Assembly: GCA_036675455.1 (NCBI GenBank)
Contig: JAKFFA010000051.1
Location: 16,958-80,957 of the forward strand
Origin: Gemmatimonadaceae bacterium
GTDB taxonomy: Bacteria; Gemmatimonadota; Gemmatimonadetes; Gemmatimonadales; Gemmatimonadaceae
DNA length: 64,000 nt
Reading direction: 5' to 3'
The notes under the pieces are model-generated. The model searched no databases, was not told where the DNA came from, and worked only from the letters and a program-made list of their open reading frames with translations. Positions 36,063-46,376 of this stretch are shown in pieces (position 1 is the first letter of the stretch; every line of letters begins with the position of its first letter). Both the position numbers and the translations under genes were made by a program.

Positions 36063-36838
36063 GTCTCATGCGACGCGTGATCGCTTGCCTCGACGTGCGC
36101 GACGGCCGTGTCGTGAAGGGCACGCGGTTCGTTGCCTTGCGCGACGTGGGTGATCCCGTGGAACTCGCCGCGCGCTATGAAGCGGAGGGCGCCGACGAGG
36201 TCATGTTCCTCGACATCGGGGCCACGCCGGAGGCGCGCGCCACACGGCTCAAGACGGCCGAGCGTGCAGCGACACGATTGTCGATTCCGTTGACAATCGG
36301 CGGCGGCATCCGCAGCGTCGCCGACATGGCCGACGCGTTGCGCGCCGGCGCCGATAAGGTCAGCGTCAATTCCGCGGCGGTCCTGCGGCCCGCATTGATC
36401 ACGGAATGCTCGGCGCAGTTCGGGGCACAGTGTGTGGTGGCCAGCATCGACGTCGCGCGGAGCGGAGCGGGTGCGCGCGGCGCACGCCATGTGTTCGTCG
36501 GTGGTGGCCGCATCGCCACGCGCCTCGACGCCGTTGCGTGGGCCCGCGAGTGCGTCGCGCGCGGGGCGGGCGAGATCTTGCTGACGAGTATCGACCGCGA
36601 CGGCGTCCGCGACGGATTCGATCTCGAACTGACGCGCGCGGTGTCTGACGCGGTGAATGTGCCGGTCATCGCATCGGGCGGGGCCGGCTCGGCGTCCCAT
36701 GTGTGTGAAGTATTGGGGCGCGGTGGCGCGGACGCCGCGCTGGTGGCAGGAATCCTTCACGATGGCGTGACAACGGTGCGCGAGATCAAGGCGGCGATGC
36801 GCGCCGCAACCCTTCCAGTGCGCGAGGTCGCTGCATGA
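36059..36838 (+). CDS. hisF: Imidazole glycerol phosphate synthase, cyclase subunit
   Basis: IACLDV..GRVVKG, GADE..FLDI, GADKVSVNS, LLTSIDRDG. Confidence 0.95.
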   Translation: MSLMRRVIACLDVRDGRVVKGTRFVALRDVGDPVELAARYEAEGADEVMFLDIGATPEARATRLKTAERAATRLSIPLTIGGGIRSVADMADALRAGADKVSVNSAAVLRPALITECSAQFGAQCVVASIDVARSGAGARGARHVFVGGGRIATRLDAVAWARECVARGAGEILLTSIDRDGVRDGFDLELTRAVSDAVNVPVIASGGAGSASHVCEVLGRGGADAALVAGILHDGVTTVREIKAAMRAATLPVREVAA

Positions 36839-37596
36839 GTTCGTCCCTGCTCGAAGCGGTACAGGAACTGGCCAAACTCACCGGCGACGTGGCCATGCGG
36901 CACTATCGCACGGCGCTCACCGTGGAGACCAAGCAAGACGGCTCACCGGTGACCGCGGCGGACCACCAAGCAGAGGAGGCCGCGCGCGCCTGGCTCGCCA
37001 AGCGATTTCCCGACGATGGCATCACGGGTGAGGAACTCGGCGAGCAGCCCGGTGCGAGCGGGCGTCGTTGGCTGTTGGATCCCGTCGACGGCACCAAGAG
37101 CTTCATCCGCGGCGTGCCGATGTGGGGTTCGCTCGTTGCCGTGCTGGACGGGGAGCGCGTGTTGGCCGGCGCGGCGTACTACCCTGCGGTTGGCGAGCGT
37201 CTCGCCGCCGCGCCGGGCGAGGGGTGTTACTGGAACGAGCGCCGGGCGCGCGTCAGCGACACGTCCTCGCTGGCAGGCGCCACGGTGCTCATCACGGACG
37301 AACGCGATTTTCCGAGGGCGTCCCAGCGTGAGAGCTGGCGCACGCTGACCGGCGAAGCAGGGGTCGCACGCGGCTGGGGCGATTGCTTCGGGTACCTGCT
37401 CGTCGCGACCGGTCGCGCTGAGGTGATGGTCGACCCGGTAGTCAACGCGTGGGACGTGGCGTGCTTCCAGCCGATCATCGAGGAGGCCGGCGGGGTGTTC
37501 ACCGACCTCAAGGGCGGCAAGTCCGCGTTCAAGGGCAGCGTGATCGCGACGAACAGCGCGCTGGCGCGCAGCGCGCGCGACTTTTTCGATGATTGA
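36835..37596 (+). CDS. hisN: Histidinol-phosphatase (inositol monophosphatase family)
   Basis: [24 protein letters not shown]; sits inside the his operon. Confidence 0.9.
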   Translation: MSSSLLEAVQELAKLTGDVAMRHYRTALTVETKQDGSPVTAADHQAEEAARAWLAKRFPDDGITGEELGEQPGASGRRWLLDPVDGTKSFIRGVPMWGSLVAVLDGERVLAGAAYYPAVGERLAAAPGEGCYWNERRARVSDTSSLAGATVLITDERDFPRASQRESWRTLTGEAGVARGWGDCFGYLLVATGRAEVMVDPVVNAWDVACFQPIIEEAGGVFTDLKGGKSAFKGSVIATNSALARSARDFFDD

Positions 37597-38257
37597 CCTG
37601 GACGCGCTCGACTTCGGCAAGGAGTCGCCGTCGGGGCTCGTGACGGTCGTTTGCCAGGACGCCGAGACTGGCCAGGTCCTGATGGTCGCGCACGCGGACC
37701 GCGAAGCGCTCGAGCGCACGATGGAGACGGGTGAGATGCACTATCGCTCCCGCTCGCGTGGGCCGTGGCACAAAGGCGCGACCAGCGGGAACGTGCAGCG
37801 CGTGGAATCGCTCGTCGCGGACTGCGACGGCGACGCGGTGCTCGCGCGCGTGCGGCCGGCGGGCCCCGCGTGCCACACGGGCGCGACGAGCTGTTTCGGT
37901 GTGTCGGCGACAGCGGCAACCAACGTCGATTCATTGACGGCGCTGGATGCGATCATCGCCAGCCGCAAGGAGAACGCCGCAGCGACGTACCTCGAGCCCA
38001 CCGCGCGAGGCGGGGCATCCGACAGGGGTGCGGAGACCAGCTACACCCGGCGCCTGCTCACCGACCGCAACCTGCGACTCAAGAAGCTCGGCGAGGAGAC
38101 GAGCGAACTCGTGACCGCCTGCGCCGATGGCGACGCGGTGCGTGCCGCGGAAGAGACCGCCGATCTGCTGTACCACGCGCTCGTGGCGCTGCACGCAGTC
38201 GGCGGCTCGCTGGCCGACGTGCGGCGCGTGCTGGCCCGCCGCGCCGCGACGCCCTGA
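37589..38257 (+). CDS. hisIE: Bifunctional PR-AMP cyclohydrolase / PR-ATP pyrophosphatase
   Basis: [44 protein letters not shown]. Confidence 0.95.
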   Translation: MIDLDALDFGKESPSGLVTVVCQDAETGQVLMVAHADREALERTMETGEMHYRSRSRGPWHKGATSGNVQRVESLVADCDGDAVLARVRPAGPACHTGATSCFGVSATAATNVDSLTALDAIIASRKENAAATYLEPTARGGASDRGAETSYTRRLLTDRNLRLKKLGEETSELVTACADGDAVRAAEETADLLYHALVALHAVGGSLADVRRVLARRAATP

Positions 38258-38264
38258 AGTCGAC

Positions 38265-39671
38265 CTAGAACGCCAGCAGCCGGAACCGGTCGACCTGCGA
38301 CGGGTTGCCCACGTACGCGAACCGGATGTCCTTCATCCAGGTGTTCGCAACGCGTCGCACATCTTCGCCCGTCACCGCGCGCAGGTCCGCCATGAACCGT
38401 TCGCCGGCCAGGTAGTCGCCCTGGTACAACTCCGCGCGCGCGAGGAAGTCCGCCTGTGCGCCCGACGTCTCGTTGTCGAGGAAGTACTCAGTGATGAACT
38501 GCTGGATCAGCGGCCCGAGATACTCGGTGGGCAAGGTGTACGTCTGCAGGTTCCGGATCTCGTTGCGCATGAGCGCCAGCGTCGTGTCGGGACGCGTGGT
38601 CGTGACGTACAGGCCGCCGCTGGTGAGGCCGCTGTCACGAAAGCGCGCTTCCACGGCGTAGGTGAGATTCCGCTTGGAACGGATCTCATTGAAGAGCCGG
38701 CCGGACAGGATGGCCGAGGCCACGCGCAACGCCGGCACGTCGGCATGATCCGCGTTGGGGCCGCTCCACCAGCCGAGGATGTAGTTCGTCGGCAGGCGCC
38801 GCGACACCATGGCAACGCCCGCGCCTGGCCGCTCGCCGCCGGCCTTGGGCATGCTCCAGTCATACGATCCGGCGTCGAGCGTGCCCAATGTTGAGCTCAC
38901 CATCGACTCGAGCTTGGCGCGCTCCACATTGCCGACGACCACAAGCAACATGCGCGACTTGACGAGCCGCTCCTCGTGGAACTCGCGGATGTCATCGAGT
39001 GTGATGGCCGCGAGCGACTGCTCACTGCCGACCGGGGACATGTGGTACGGATGTCCCGCGAACGCGACGCTGTCCGCGAGATATTCGAGCAACGCATCCG
39101 GGCTATCGCCGCGCTGACGCACGGCGGCCAGCCGGTTGGCGCGCACGAACTCGAAATCCGCGGCCGCCAGCGTTGGGTGCAGCAACCGGTCCGCGTAGAT
39201 ACTCCAGGTCGAGTCGATGCGGTCCGTCGTCGTCCGCAGCGCGAAGATGGTCCAGTCTTCGTGCGGGATGACGCCGATCTCACTGCCCGTGCGCGCCATC
39301 GCGCGGCGCAGTTCGTCGCCGGGATACTTCGCCGTGCCGCGCTCGGTCACTTCAAGCAACATCGGCTCCAGCCCCGCCGTGAGCGGCGTGGCCAGCGTCA
39401 CGCCGCCGAGCAGGTAGAGATTCGCGACGAACGTGTTGTTGTTCGTGCGGCGATGAATGACCCGCACGCCGGCAACGTCAAAGCGCGTGGTCAGGGAGTC
39501 GGCCGCGATGCCATCCATGCCACGCGTCGAGGCGCCACCCGATGCCGCTGCGGCTGGCGGCTGGGCGGCGACGGGTGCCGGCCGGATCGCAATGCCGCCG
39601 GCCGCGATGGATGCGGCAAGCGCGGCCGCGCCGGTCCGCAGCGCGCGCAGATGCGTAAGACGCGCATTCAT
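38265..39671 (-). CDS. M16 peptidase, non-catalytic subunit (secreted)
   Basis: M16 fold motifs (GHPY, SGRLFNEIRSKRNLTYAV) without HxxEH; start MNARL overlaps the partner's stop. Confidence 0.85.
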   Translation of the reverse strand: MNARLTHLRALRTGAAALAASIAAGGIAIRPAPVAAQPPAAAASGGASTRGMDGIAADSLTTRFDVAGVRVIHRRTNNNTFVANLYLLGGVTLATPLTAGLEPMLLEVTERGTAKYPGDELRRAMARTGSEIGVIPHEDWTIFALRTTTDRIDSTWSIYADRLLHPTLAAADFEFVRANRLAAVRQRGDSPDALLEYLADSVAFAGHPYHMSPVGSEQSLAAITLDDIREFHEERLVKSRMLLVVVGNVERAKLESMVSSTLGTLDAGSYDWSMPKAGGERPGAGVAMVSRRLPTNYILGWWSGPNADHADVPALRVASAILSGRLFNEIRSKRNLTYAVEARFRDSGLTSGGLYVTTTRPDTTLALMRNEIRNLQTYTLPTEYLGPLIQQFITEYFLDNETSGAQADFLARAELYQGDYLAGERFMADLRAVTGEDVRRVANTWMKDIRFAYVGNPSQVDRFRLLAF

Positions 39672-41092
39672 GGCGTCACCCCCAGGCCCGCGAGTTCCTG
39701 CTCGGTGAGCCGCAGCGCCGCGCGTGCGCCCTGCGGCAGCATCACGCCGGTCACATGCGGCTTGCCGATGATGTAGCGGCGCGCGTACGCCTGCAGCTGT
39801 TCGGGGGTCTGCCGTGCCATCTCGTCCACATAGCGAAGGTGATAGTCGAGCCCGATCACGCTCCACCAGAAGCCGATGGTGTGCGCGTTCTCCGATGCGC
39901 GCTCCTGCCCGAACGCCGTCGTCACCGCGCGGTTCGCCTTCACGGCTTCGAGCTCCTCCGCCTTGAAGTAGCCCGGCTGCACAGTCTCGTCGAGCGCCTT
40001 GTACAGTGCAGCCAGCGCATCCCGCAGTTGCTCTGGCGATGTCTGGCCGCTGACGGTGATGGGACCCACATGATTGAGCGTGTAGTAGTTCACGATCACG
40101 CCTTGCCACAACCCGGATTCCACGAGTGCCTGCTGGAAGCGCGACGTGGGTTGGTTGAGAACATCCGAGTACACGTCGGCGGCGAACGTCGCATCCTGAT
40201 CCGCGCTCGCGCTCGGGCCGTGCCATTGGATCTGCACGGTCACCGCGTTCACGGGCTCCTCGACGATGACGCCCGCGCTGGCCGCGAGCGGCGGCACCGG
40301 CGGTACGGGCGCGACCTCGAACGGCTCCGCGCCGCGGGGCCAACTGCCGAAGATGCGCTCGGCCATGGTAAAGATCTGTTCCGGCGCCACCTCGCCCGCG
40401 ACGATGAGCGCCGAATTGTTTGGCACATAGTAGAGGTCGCGGATCGTGCGCATCTGCTGCGGCGTCACGTTCGCGATGACCTCGCGGTCGCCGATGGTGT
40501 TCTTGCGGCTGAAGAACGACCCCCACAGCACGCGCGACACCTTCTCGTCCAGGCGGAACCACGGCGACGACTCCGCCCGGTCGTATTCGCCGAGCACCAC
40601 CTGTTTCTCACGAGCCAGTTCGTCAGGGCGGAACTGCGCGCCGCGCAGGGCCGCATTGAGGAACTGCATCCCGCCCTCGACGGAATCGGCGACCACCGTG
40701 AGGTAGTAGCTGACGAGTTCCTCACGCGTCGTCGCGTTGAACACGGCGCCCAGGTTCGCAGCGCGATCCATGAACTCGTCGGGTTGGGGGTACGAGTCGT
40801 TGGCCTTGAAGAACATGTGCTCATACAGGTGCGCGAGGCCGGCGTACTCGGGCGTTTGCGTGAAGGCGCCGTTCTTGACGACCAGCTCGACCGTGGCGAG
40901 CGGCACGCCTCCGCTGGGCACGACGATGACCTCGAGGCCGTTGGGCAACACGCGCTGGCTGATGGTGCGCTCGACGTCCGCGCGCTGCGCGCCGACGACG
41001 GACGGCACGACGGCCGTTGCCGCGAACACGAACGCCACCGCGAGCGCGGCATGAGTGGCGGCCTTGCGCCGCGTCCTATTGATTTCGCGCAT
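39668..41092 (-). CDS. M16 zinc peptidase, catalytic subunit (secreted)
   Basis: LPNGLEV, GLAHLYEHMFF (HxxEH), NATT, YYVPNNS. Confidence 0.92.
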   Translation of the reverse strand: MREINRTRRKAATHAALAVAFVFAATAVVPSVVGAQRADVERTISQRVLPNGLEVIVVPSGGVPLATVELVVKNGAFTQTPEYAGLAHLYEHMFFKANDSYPQPDEFMDRAANLGAVFNATTREELVSYYLTVVADSVEGGMQFLNAALRGAQFRPDELAREKQVVLGEYDRAESSPWFRLDEKVSRVLWGSFFSRKNTIGDREVIANVTPQQMRTIRDLYYVPNNSALIVAGEVAPEQIFTMAERIFGSWPRGAEPFEVAPVPPVPPLAASAGVIVEEPVNAVTVQIQWHGPSASADQDATFAADVYSDVLNQPTSRFQQALVESGLWQGVIVNYYTLNHVGPITVSGQTSPEQLRDALAALYKALDETVQPGYFKAEELEAVKANRAVTTAFGQERASENAHTIGFWWSVIGLDYHLRYVDEMARQTPEQLQAYARRYIIGKPHVTGVMLPQGARAALRLTEQELAGLGVTP

Positions 41093-41094
41093 CT

Positions 41095-42099
41095 ATGAAT
41101 CAGTCTCCTTCGAGCGTTTTTGACCGGTCCGCCGCGCCCCAGGATATCGCGGCCGCACTCGCGCCGGCTCTGGGAGTCCAGCGTCTCAGGCTGCGAGAGC
41201 CGCTTGCCCCATACACCACATTCCGGATCGGCGGTCCCGCCGACGTGCTGTACGATGCCACAACGGACGACGAACTCGCCAGCGCGGTGCAGGCCGCGCG
41301 CGAGCACGGCATCCCGTGCTTCGTGCTTGGGCTGGGCGCCAACATCCTCGTCGGCGACCTCGGCGTGCGTGGACTCGTCGTGCGCAACGTCGCATCACAC
41401 GTGCGCATGCTCGATGACGTGCGGCTGCGCGCGGAGAGCGGCACGGTCGTGGCCGACCTGATCCGGCGCACCGTTGCCGCCGGCTTGAGTGGGCTCGAGC
41501 ACTACGTCGGGATTCCGAGCACCGTCGGCGGCGCCGTGTGGCAGAATCTCCACTTCCTGTCGCCCGCGCCGGAACGCGAGCGCACGATGTTCATCGAGGA
41601 AGTGGTCGAATCCGTTGAGCTGCTCGGCGTCGGCGGGGAGCGCATCTCGGCCGATCGCGAGGCGATGGCATTCGGCTACGACGTGTCGCGGCTCCATACG
41701 TCCGGCGAGGTGGCTCTGGCCGTGACGTTCCGGCTCGAACGCGGCGACCCGGCGACGCTGCACCGCATCATGCAGGAGAACCTGTCGTGGCGCGGCTCGC
41801 GTCATCCGTGGCTTGAGTACCATCCCAGCGCGGGCTCCATCTTCCGCAAAATTGAAGGCGTTGGCGCAGGACGGCTCATCGACCAGTGCTCGCTCAAGGG
41901 ATATCGCATCGGCGGCGCACAGATCTCGCACATCCACGCCAACATCATGGTGAACTTGGGTGGCGCGACGGCGTCCGACGTGCGCGCGCTCATCAGCCAC
42001 GCGCAGCGCGCCGTGGCCGAGCGCTTCGATCAGTTCCTGGAGCCGGAGATCGGCTTCATCGGGGAGTTCGCTCCGCCGACTCCGCACACGGCATCATGA
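41095..42099 (+). CDS. murB: UDP-N-acetylenolpyruvoylglucosamine reductase
   Basis: TTFRIGGPA, LGLGANILVGD, GIPSTVGGA, PSAGSIF, HAN, LEPE. Confidence 0.93.
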   Translation: MNQSPSSVFDRSAAPQDIAAALAPALGVQRLRLREPLAPYTTFRIGGPADVLYDATTDDELASAVQAAREHGIPCFVLGLGANILVGDLGVRGLVVRNVASHVRMLDDVRLRAESGTVVADLIRRTVAAGLSGLEHYVGIPSTVGGAVWQNLHFLSPAPERERTMFIEEVVESVELLGVGGERISADREAMAFGYDVSRLHTSGEVALAVTFRLERGDPATLHRIMQENLSWRGSRHPWLEYHPSAGSIFRKIEGVGAGRLIDQCSLKGYRIGGAQISHIHANIMVNLGGATASDVRALISHAQRAVAERFDQFLEPEIGFIGEFAPPTPHTAS

Positions 42100-42655
42100 C
42101 GAGCTGACGCCCGAGCGCGCGCACCGCGCGGGGGACCGGGCCCCCGCGCGGAATGCCGCCACGTTCGGCGCGGCGGCGACGGCCAACCTCCGTCCACCAC
42201 ATCGACGATGTCTGGTCGCGCTCGTGGTCCCAGATGATCCCGCGCTGGCCTTCATGCGGCGTGCGGCGGATGAACTCCACACGCAGCAGCCCGCCCGTCA
42301 TCTCGTCGGCGGTGGCGTACAGCACGACCACGCTCGAGTCGGGAAGCCGCAGATGCAGCCGGCGCCGCATCTCGGACGCGGGGCCGTCCTCAAGCACGGT
42401 GCATTCGGCCAGCGGCAGCGAGGCGAGTGACACCGAGTCGAGCAGCGAACGCACATCGAGTATCGGACGCAGGCGCGGCGGCAGCGCGCCGAATGCGGCG
42501 GAATCGGCCCGCGCCGAATCGCTCAGCAGTCGGGCAAAGGGCGAAAGCGCCGCCTCGGCGGCGGGCACGCGGCTGTGCAGCACCACGCCGGTCGTGAGCG
42601 TTGAAATCACGACTGCCGTCAGCGTGGCCCGCCGGAGTCCGCTTTGCTTCGCCAT
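42056..42655 (-). CDS. Hypothetical exported protein
   Basis: Signal-like N-terminus; TATGCT 5 nt upstream of the ATG; no family recognised. Confidence 0.55.
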   Translation of the reverse strand: MAKQSGLRRATLTAVVISTLTTGVVLHSRVPAAEAALSPFARLLSDSARADSAAFGALPPRLRPILDVRSLLDSVSLASLPLAECTVLEDGPASEMRRRLHLRLPDSSVVVLYATADEMTGGLLRVEFIRRTPHEGQRGIIWDHERDQTSSMWWTEVGRRRRAERGGIPRGGPVPRAVRALGRQLVMMPCAESAERTPR

Positions 42656-42786
42656 GCTTGAGCATACCCCATTCGGGCTCGGATGCCCAGTGTGGGCATC
42701 GTTCCGTGACGCCTCGGTTGGCGTCGACGGAATCCGTGGCGCTCACCGCCTTGCACTGAGGATGACGGGCCGTCATTCTTGGCGCG

Positions 42787-44214
42787 ATGAACGCTGCGCG
42801 CATCGCCGGTCCGCTGGCCTTCCTGCTGATCTGGATCCTTGAGCCGGCCGGCCTGGCCCCCGCGGCTTCTGCCGTGCTGGCCGTGGCGACTTGGATGGCG
42901 ATCTGGTGGATCAGCGAGTGCCTGCCACTCGGCGTGACGGCGCTGCTGCCCATCGCCCTGTTCCCGCTCGTGGGTGTCTCGACCACGGCCGAGGCCGCCG
43001 CGCCGTTCGCCAACGAGGTGGTCTTTCTCTACCTCGGCGGCTTCATGCTGGCTGCCGCGCTCGAACGCTGGAACGCGCACCATCGCGTGGCGCTCGCCGT
43101 GATCGGTGCCGTGGGCACCACCTCCAGGCGGCTCGTGCTGGGTGTGATGCTGGCGACGGCGTTCATCTCGATGTGGATCTCCAACACGGCCACCGCGGCG
43201 ATGATGTATCCCATCGCGCTGGCGATCGGCTCCATGTTCGGCGAGGGTCCCGCCGCACGCAGTCAGCGCATGGCGCTGTTGCTCGGCGTGGCGTTCGCGG
43301 CGAGCATCGGCGGCATGGCGACGCTGATCGGCACACCGCCCAACCTCATTCTCGCGGGCGCGGCGCGCGAGCTCATCGGCGTGGAGCTCGACTTTGTCAC
43401 GTTCCTCAAGTACGGTCTGCCCGTGGCGGCGATCTTGCTGCCCGCGTGCTGGGCGCTGCTCGTGTTCGTGTTTCATCGCGAGCGCCTCGAGCTCGATGCG
43501 GCGAGTGTGCAGGAGCTGTATGACCGTCGCACCGCGCTGGGACGCCTGAGTGATGGAGAGCGCCGCGTACTGATCGTATTCGGCATGGTGGCGCTCGCGT
43601 GGTTATTCCGCGAGCCGAAGGAGATCGGCGCGCTTTCGATTCCCGGCCTGTCCTCGGTGTTTGGTCGCATCACCGACGCCGGCATCGCCGTGATCGGCGC
43701 GATCTTGCTGTTCTTGCTGCCGGGTCGCGGCGCCGACGGTGATCCGCCGCGTCCACTGCTCACGTGGAAGGAAGCCCGCGAGATTCCCTGGGATGTGCTG
43801 CTGCTCTTCGGCGGGGGGCTTTCGCTGGCGGCGGCGATGGGGACGAGCGGCCTCGCCGCGCAGATCGGCCTGTGGATGTCGGGACTCGAAGGCCTCCCGC
43901 TGCCCGTCGTGATGCTCGGCGTGGCTGCGGGCACCGTGCTCATCTCGGAGCTCGCATCCAACTCGGCCACCGCCTCCATGGGCATGCCGATTGCCGTCTC
44001 GCTCGCGGCAGCGCTCGGACAGCCGCCACTGCTCATGATGCTGGTGATCGGCTTGGCGGCCTCCGTTGGGTTTGCGCTCCCCATGGCCACGCCGCCCAAC
44101 GCGATCGTGTTCGGCAGCGGCGAGTTGACGGTCCGCGATATGGCGCGGGCAGGCCTCGCGCTCGACATCGTTGGGATCCTCGTGGTCGTGGGAGTGGTGC
44201 TCGCGATCTTCTAG
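42787..44214 (+). CDS. DASS/SLC13 sodium:dicarboxylate or sulfate symporter
   Basis: SMWISNTAT, TLIGTPPN, SELASNSA, ATPPNA; many TMs. Confidence 0.93.
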   Translation: MNAARIAGPLAFLLIWILEPAGLAPAASAVLAVATWMAIWWISECLPLGVTALLPIALFPLVGVSTTAEAAAPFANEVVFLYLGGFMLAAALERWNAHHRVALAVIGAVGTTSRRLVLGVMLATAFISMWISNTATAAMMYPIALAIGSMFGEGPAARSQRMALLLGVAFAASIGGMATLIGTPPNLILAGAARELIGVELDFVTFLKYGLPVAAILLPACWALLVFVFHRERLELDAASVQELYDRRTALGRLSDGERRVLIVFGMVALAWLFREPKEIGALSIPGLSSVFGRITDAGIAVIGAILLFLLPGRGADGDPPRPLLTWKEAREIPWDVLLLFGGGLSLAAAMGTSGLAAQIGLWMSGLEGLPLPVVMLGVAAGTVLISELASNSATASMGMPIAVSLAAALGQPPLLMMLVIGLAASVGFALPMATPPNAIVFGSGELTVRDMARAGLALDIVGILVVVGVVLAIF

Positions 44215-44266
44215 GCGAGGGTCGTGGCACTGCTGGCCGCCATCCAGCCCATTACTCTTCGACATC

Positions 44267-44785
44267 ATGGGTCCGCGCGCGTATTCCTTCATCGCCGACA
44301 CGGATTCGCTCGAGGCTTTGCGACGCCTGCGGCGTGGCTGGGCTGGCTGGGAGATTGCCGAGGGCGAGTTCCGGGTGCGCCTGCGTGAGGGCGGCACCGT
44401 GCTCGCGCACGTGGACCGCGGTCTGATCGAGCCCGGATTTGAGGTCGCGTGTCTGGTAGCCGACTACCGGCCCGAGGCGAGCGACTTGCCGGCTCGCGAC
44501 TCGGCGTTCACATCAGACTTGAACGATGTTGCGGTGTTCCGCGGCGTGACGTGGCTCGAGTTGCGTCCCGACCTCGGCCCCGATCACTCGATTCAGTACA
44601 GCGGAATCCCGGGCCTTGAGATTCCGGACACCGCGGTGGCAAAGTGCGATTTCACCGACGCCTTCGCCGTGACGTCGTCTGATGGCGCGATCGTCGTGCG
44701 GATCGCGTTGCGGCCGGGTTGGCTCGAAGTGGTCGACGAGCCCGAGGAGGTCGAGAAGTTCTTGCGGTTACGCGGGTTCGCGTGA
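44267..44785 (+). CDS. Hypothetical protein
   Basis: Globular-looking ORF starting MGPRAYSF; TACTCT upstream. Confidence 0.55.
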   Translation: MGPRAYSFIADTDSLEALRRLRRGWAGWEIAEGEFRVRLREGGTVLAHVDRGLIEPGFEVACLVADYRPEASDLPARDSAFTSDLNDVAVFRGVTWLELRPDLGPDHSIQYSGIPGLEIPDTAVAKCDFTDAFAVTSSDGAIVVRIALRPGWLEVVDEPEEVEKFLRLRGFA

Positions 44786-45304
44786 CCAGCCGAGCTCCGT
44801 CTCCAGTATCGCGCGCGCGGCATTGCGCGCGCGCGGCTCACCGAGTCGCATGGCGTCGACAAGTGTGAGAAGCCGGTAGGTGGCCGGTGCGGACCCCACG
44901 ATCCGGACTGCGTTGCGGTAGAGCGGTTTGATCGAAAATCCGCGCACGGTGGACGGACCGAGTGCCGTCGGCCACACCACCGCATCGGGCGCATCGAGTT
45001 GCATGGCGAGCGCGGGAGCGGACCATGCGGTAGGGACACCGTCCGCGAGCGGACCGCGCATGGCGGGAAACGCATAGCGCACGCCGAAGAGCAGAAACTC
45101 GGCGAGCGCCTTGGCGTTGGTCGTGCGCGGTTCGGAGCGTGGAGCTTTACGAAGTAGCCCTGCGGTGCCAAGTCGCCCGAGCGCCGCGTGGATCTGACTC
45201 GGCGCGACGGCGAGTTCGTCCGCAATCGTCGCCATCGTCCCGGCTGGCGTGAGCAGCCGGAGGGCGAGGACGATATCGAAGGGGTGGGTCCGGTCGGCAG
45301 TCAC
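44768..45304 (-). CDS. wHTH protein resembling type IV TA (AbiEi-like) antitoxins, orphan
   Basis: HTH IADELAVAPSQIHAALGRL..AGLL followed by EFLLFGVRYAFPA, GVPTA, VWP, PLY, LVDAMRLG. Confidence 0.6.
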   Translation of the reverse strand: MTADRTHPFDIVLALRLLTPAGTMATIADELAVAPSQIHAALGRLGTAGLLRKAPRSEPRTTNAKALAEFLLFGVRYAFPAMRGPLADGVPTAWSAPALAMQLDAPDAVVWPTALGPSTVRGFSIKPLYRNAVRIVGSAPATYRLLTLVDAMRLGEPRARNAARAILETELGWSREPA

Positions 45305-45371
45305 CCTCTATTCTATATTCCAGAATATCGTAAAGCGATAGTCTGCTTACGCAACCATCAAAGCGTCGCTC

Positions 45372-46376
45372 CTACTCGGCCGCAATCACCGTCCCCTTCT
45401 TGCGGTCCACGATCGCGCTGGCCACCGCACCGCCCACCAAAATCACGCCAATCATTCCCAGTAACCAGAAGTTTGCGTCCTCGCCCAGCCACGCCTTGAT
45501 CCACTTACCCGCCAGCATCTTCACACCCACCACCGCCAGCACCAACGCCAGCGACACCTTCAGGTAGCGGAACTTCTGGATCAGGCCCGCGAGCCCAAAG
45601 TAGAGCGACCGCAGGCACAGGATCGCGAACACGTTTGACGTGAACACAAGGAACGGATCCGCCGTAATCGCGAAGATCGCAGGAATCGAGTCCACTGCGA
45701 ACACGAGGTCCGTAGTCTCCACGAGTACCAACGCCACGGCCAACGGCGTCAAGAACCGCTTCCCGTTCAGCTCAACAAAGAAATGCTCCTCGTGGAACTT
45801 GTCGGTCACGGGGAAATGGCGCCGCAGCCATCGCGTCACCCAACTCTCGACCTCCTCTTCCTTATCCGCGCTGCTCGTCAGCAGCATGCGCACGCCCGTG
45901 AACACCAGGAAGGCGCCGAACAAATAGAGAATCCAGTGGTAGCGGGCCACCAGCTGCGCGCCCACGGCGATCATGGCGCCGCGCATCACAAGCGCCCCGA
46001 GGATGCCCCAAAACAGCACCCGGTGCTGATACATCAGCGGCACACGCAGATGCTCGAAAATCAGCGCAATCACGAACACGTTGTCCATCGACAGGCTGAG
46101 TTCGACCACATAGCCCGTCAGGAACTTGATCGCGGCCGCACGGCCGTCGTTGACCACCTTGTCCACGGCGTCCAAGTGATTGCCGAGTCCAAGCCAATGC
46201 CCCTCGTACGCGAAATAGATGAAGACGGCAAACGCGCACGCCATCACTACCGTGCCGATGGTGAACAGGCTCGCCTCGCGCAGCGTCGGCGCGTGCGCTT
46301 CCCGGTTAAACACACCCAGGTCGAGCGCGAGCACGACGAAAATGAACGCAAAGAACCCAAGCCACATCCAGATCAT
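45372..46376 (-). CDS. terC: TerC/Alx family metal homeostasis membrane protein
   Basis: LALDLG, ELSLSMDNVFV, QHRVLFWGILGA, ETTDLVFAVDSIPA, SNVFAIL.LRSLYF. Confidence 0.95.
   Translation of the reverse strand: MIWMWLGFFAFIFVVLALDLGVFNREAHAPTLREASLFTIGTVVMACAFAVFIYFAYEGHWLGLGNHLDAVDKVVNDGRAAAIKFLTGYVVELSLSMDNVFVIALIFEHLRVPLMYQHRVLFWGILGALVMRGAMIAVGAQLVARYHWILYLFGAFLVFTGVRMLLTSSADKEEEVESWVTRWLRRHFPVTDKFHEEHFFVELNGKRFLTPLAVALVLVETTDLVFAVDSIPAIFAITADPFLVFTSNVFAILCLRSLYFGLAGLIQKFRYLKVSLALVLAVVGVKMLAGKWIKAWLGEDANFWLLGMIGVILVGGAVASAIVDRKKGTVIAAE

Noticed and set aside
38265-40562. 765-aa ORF as a single long protein or a frameshift fusion
   Set aside because: The first 297 codons are an off-frame shadow of the upstream M16 gene; the real gene starts at 39671 with a signal peptide and an ATGA overlap.
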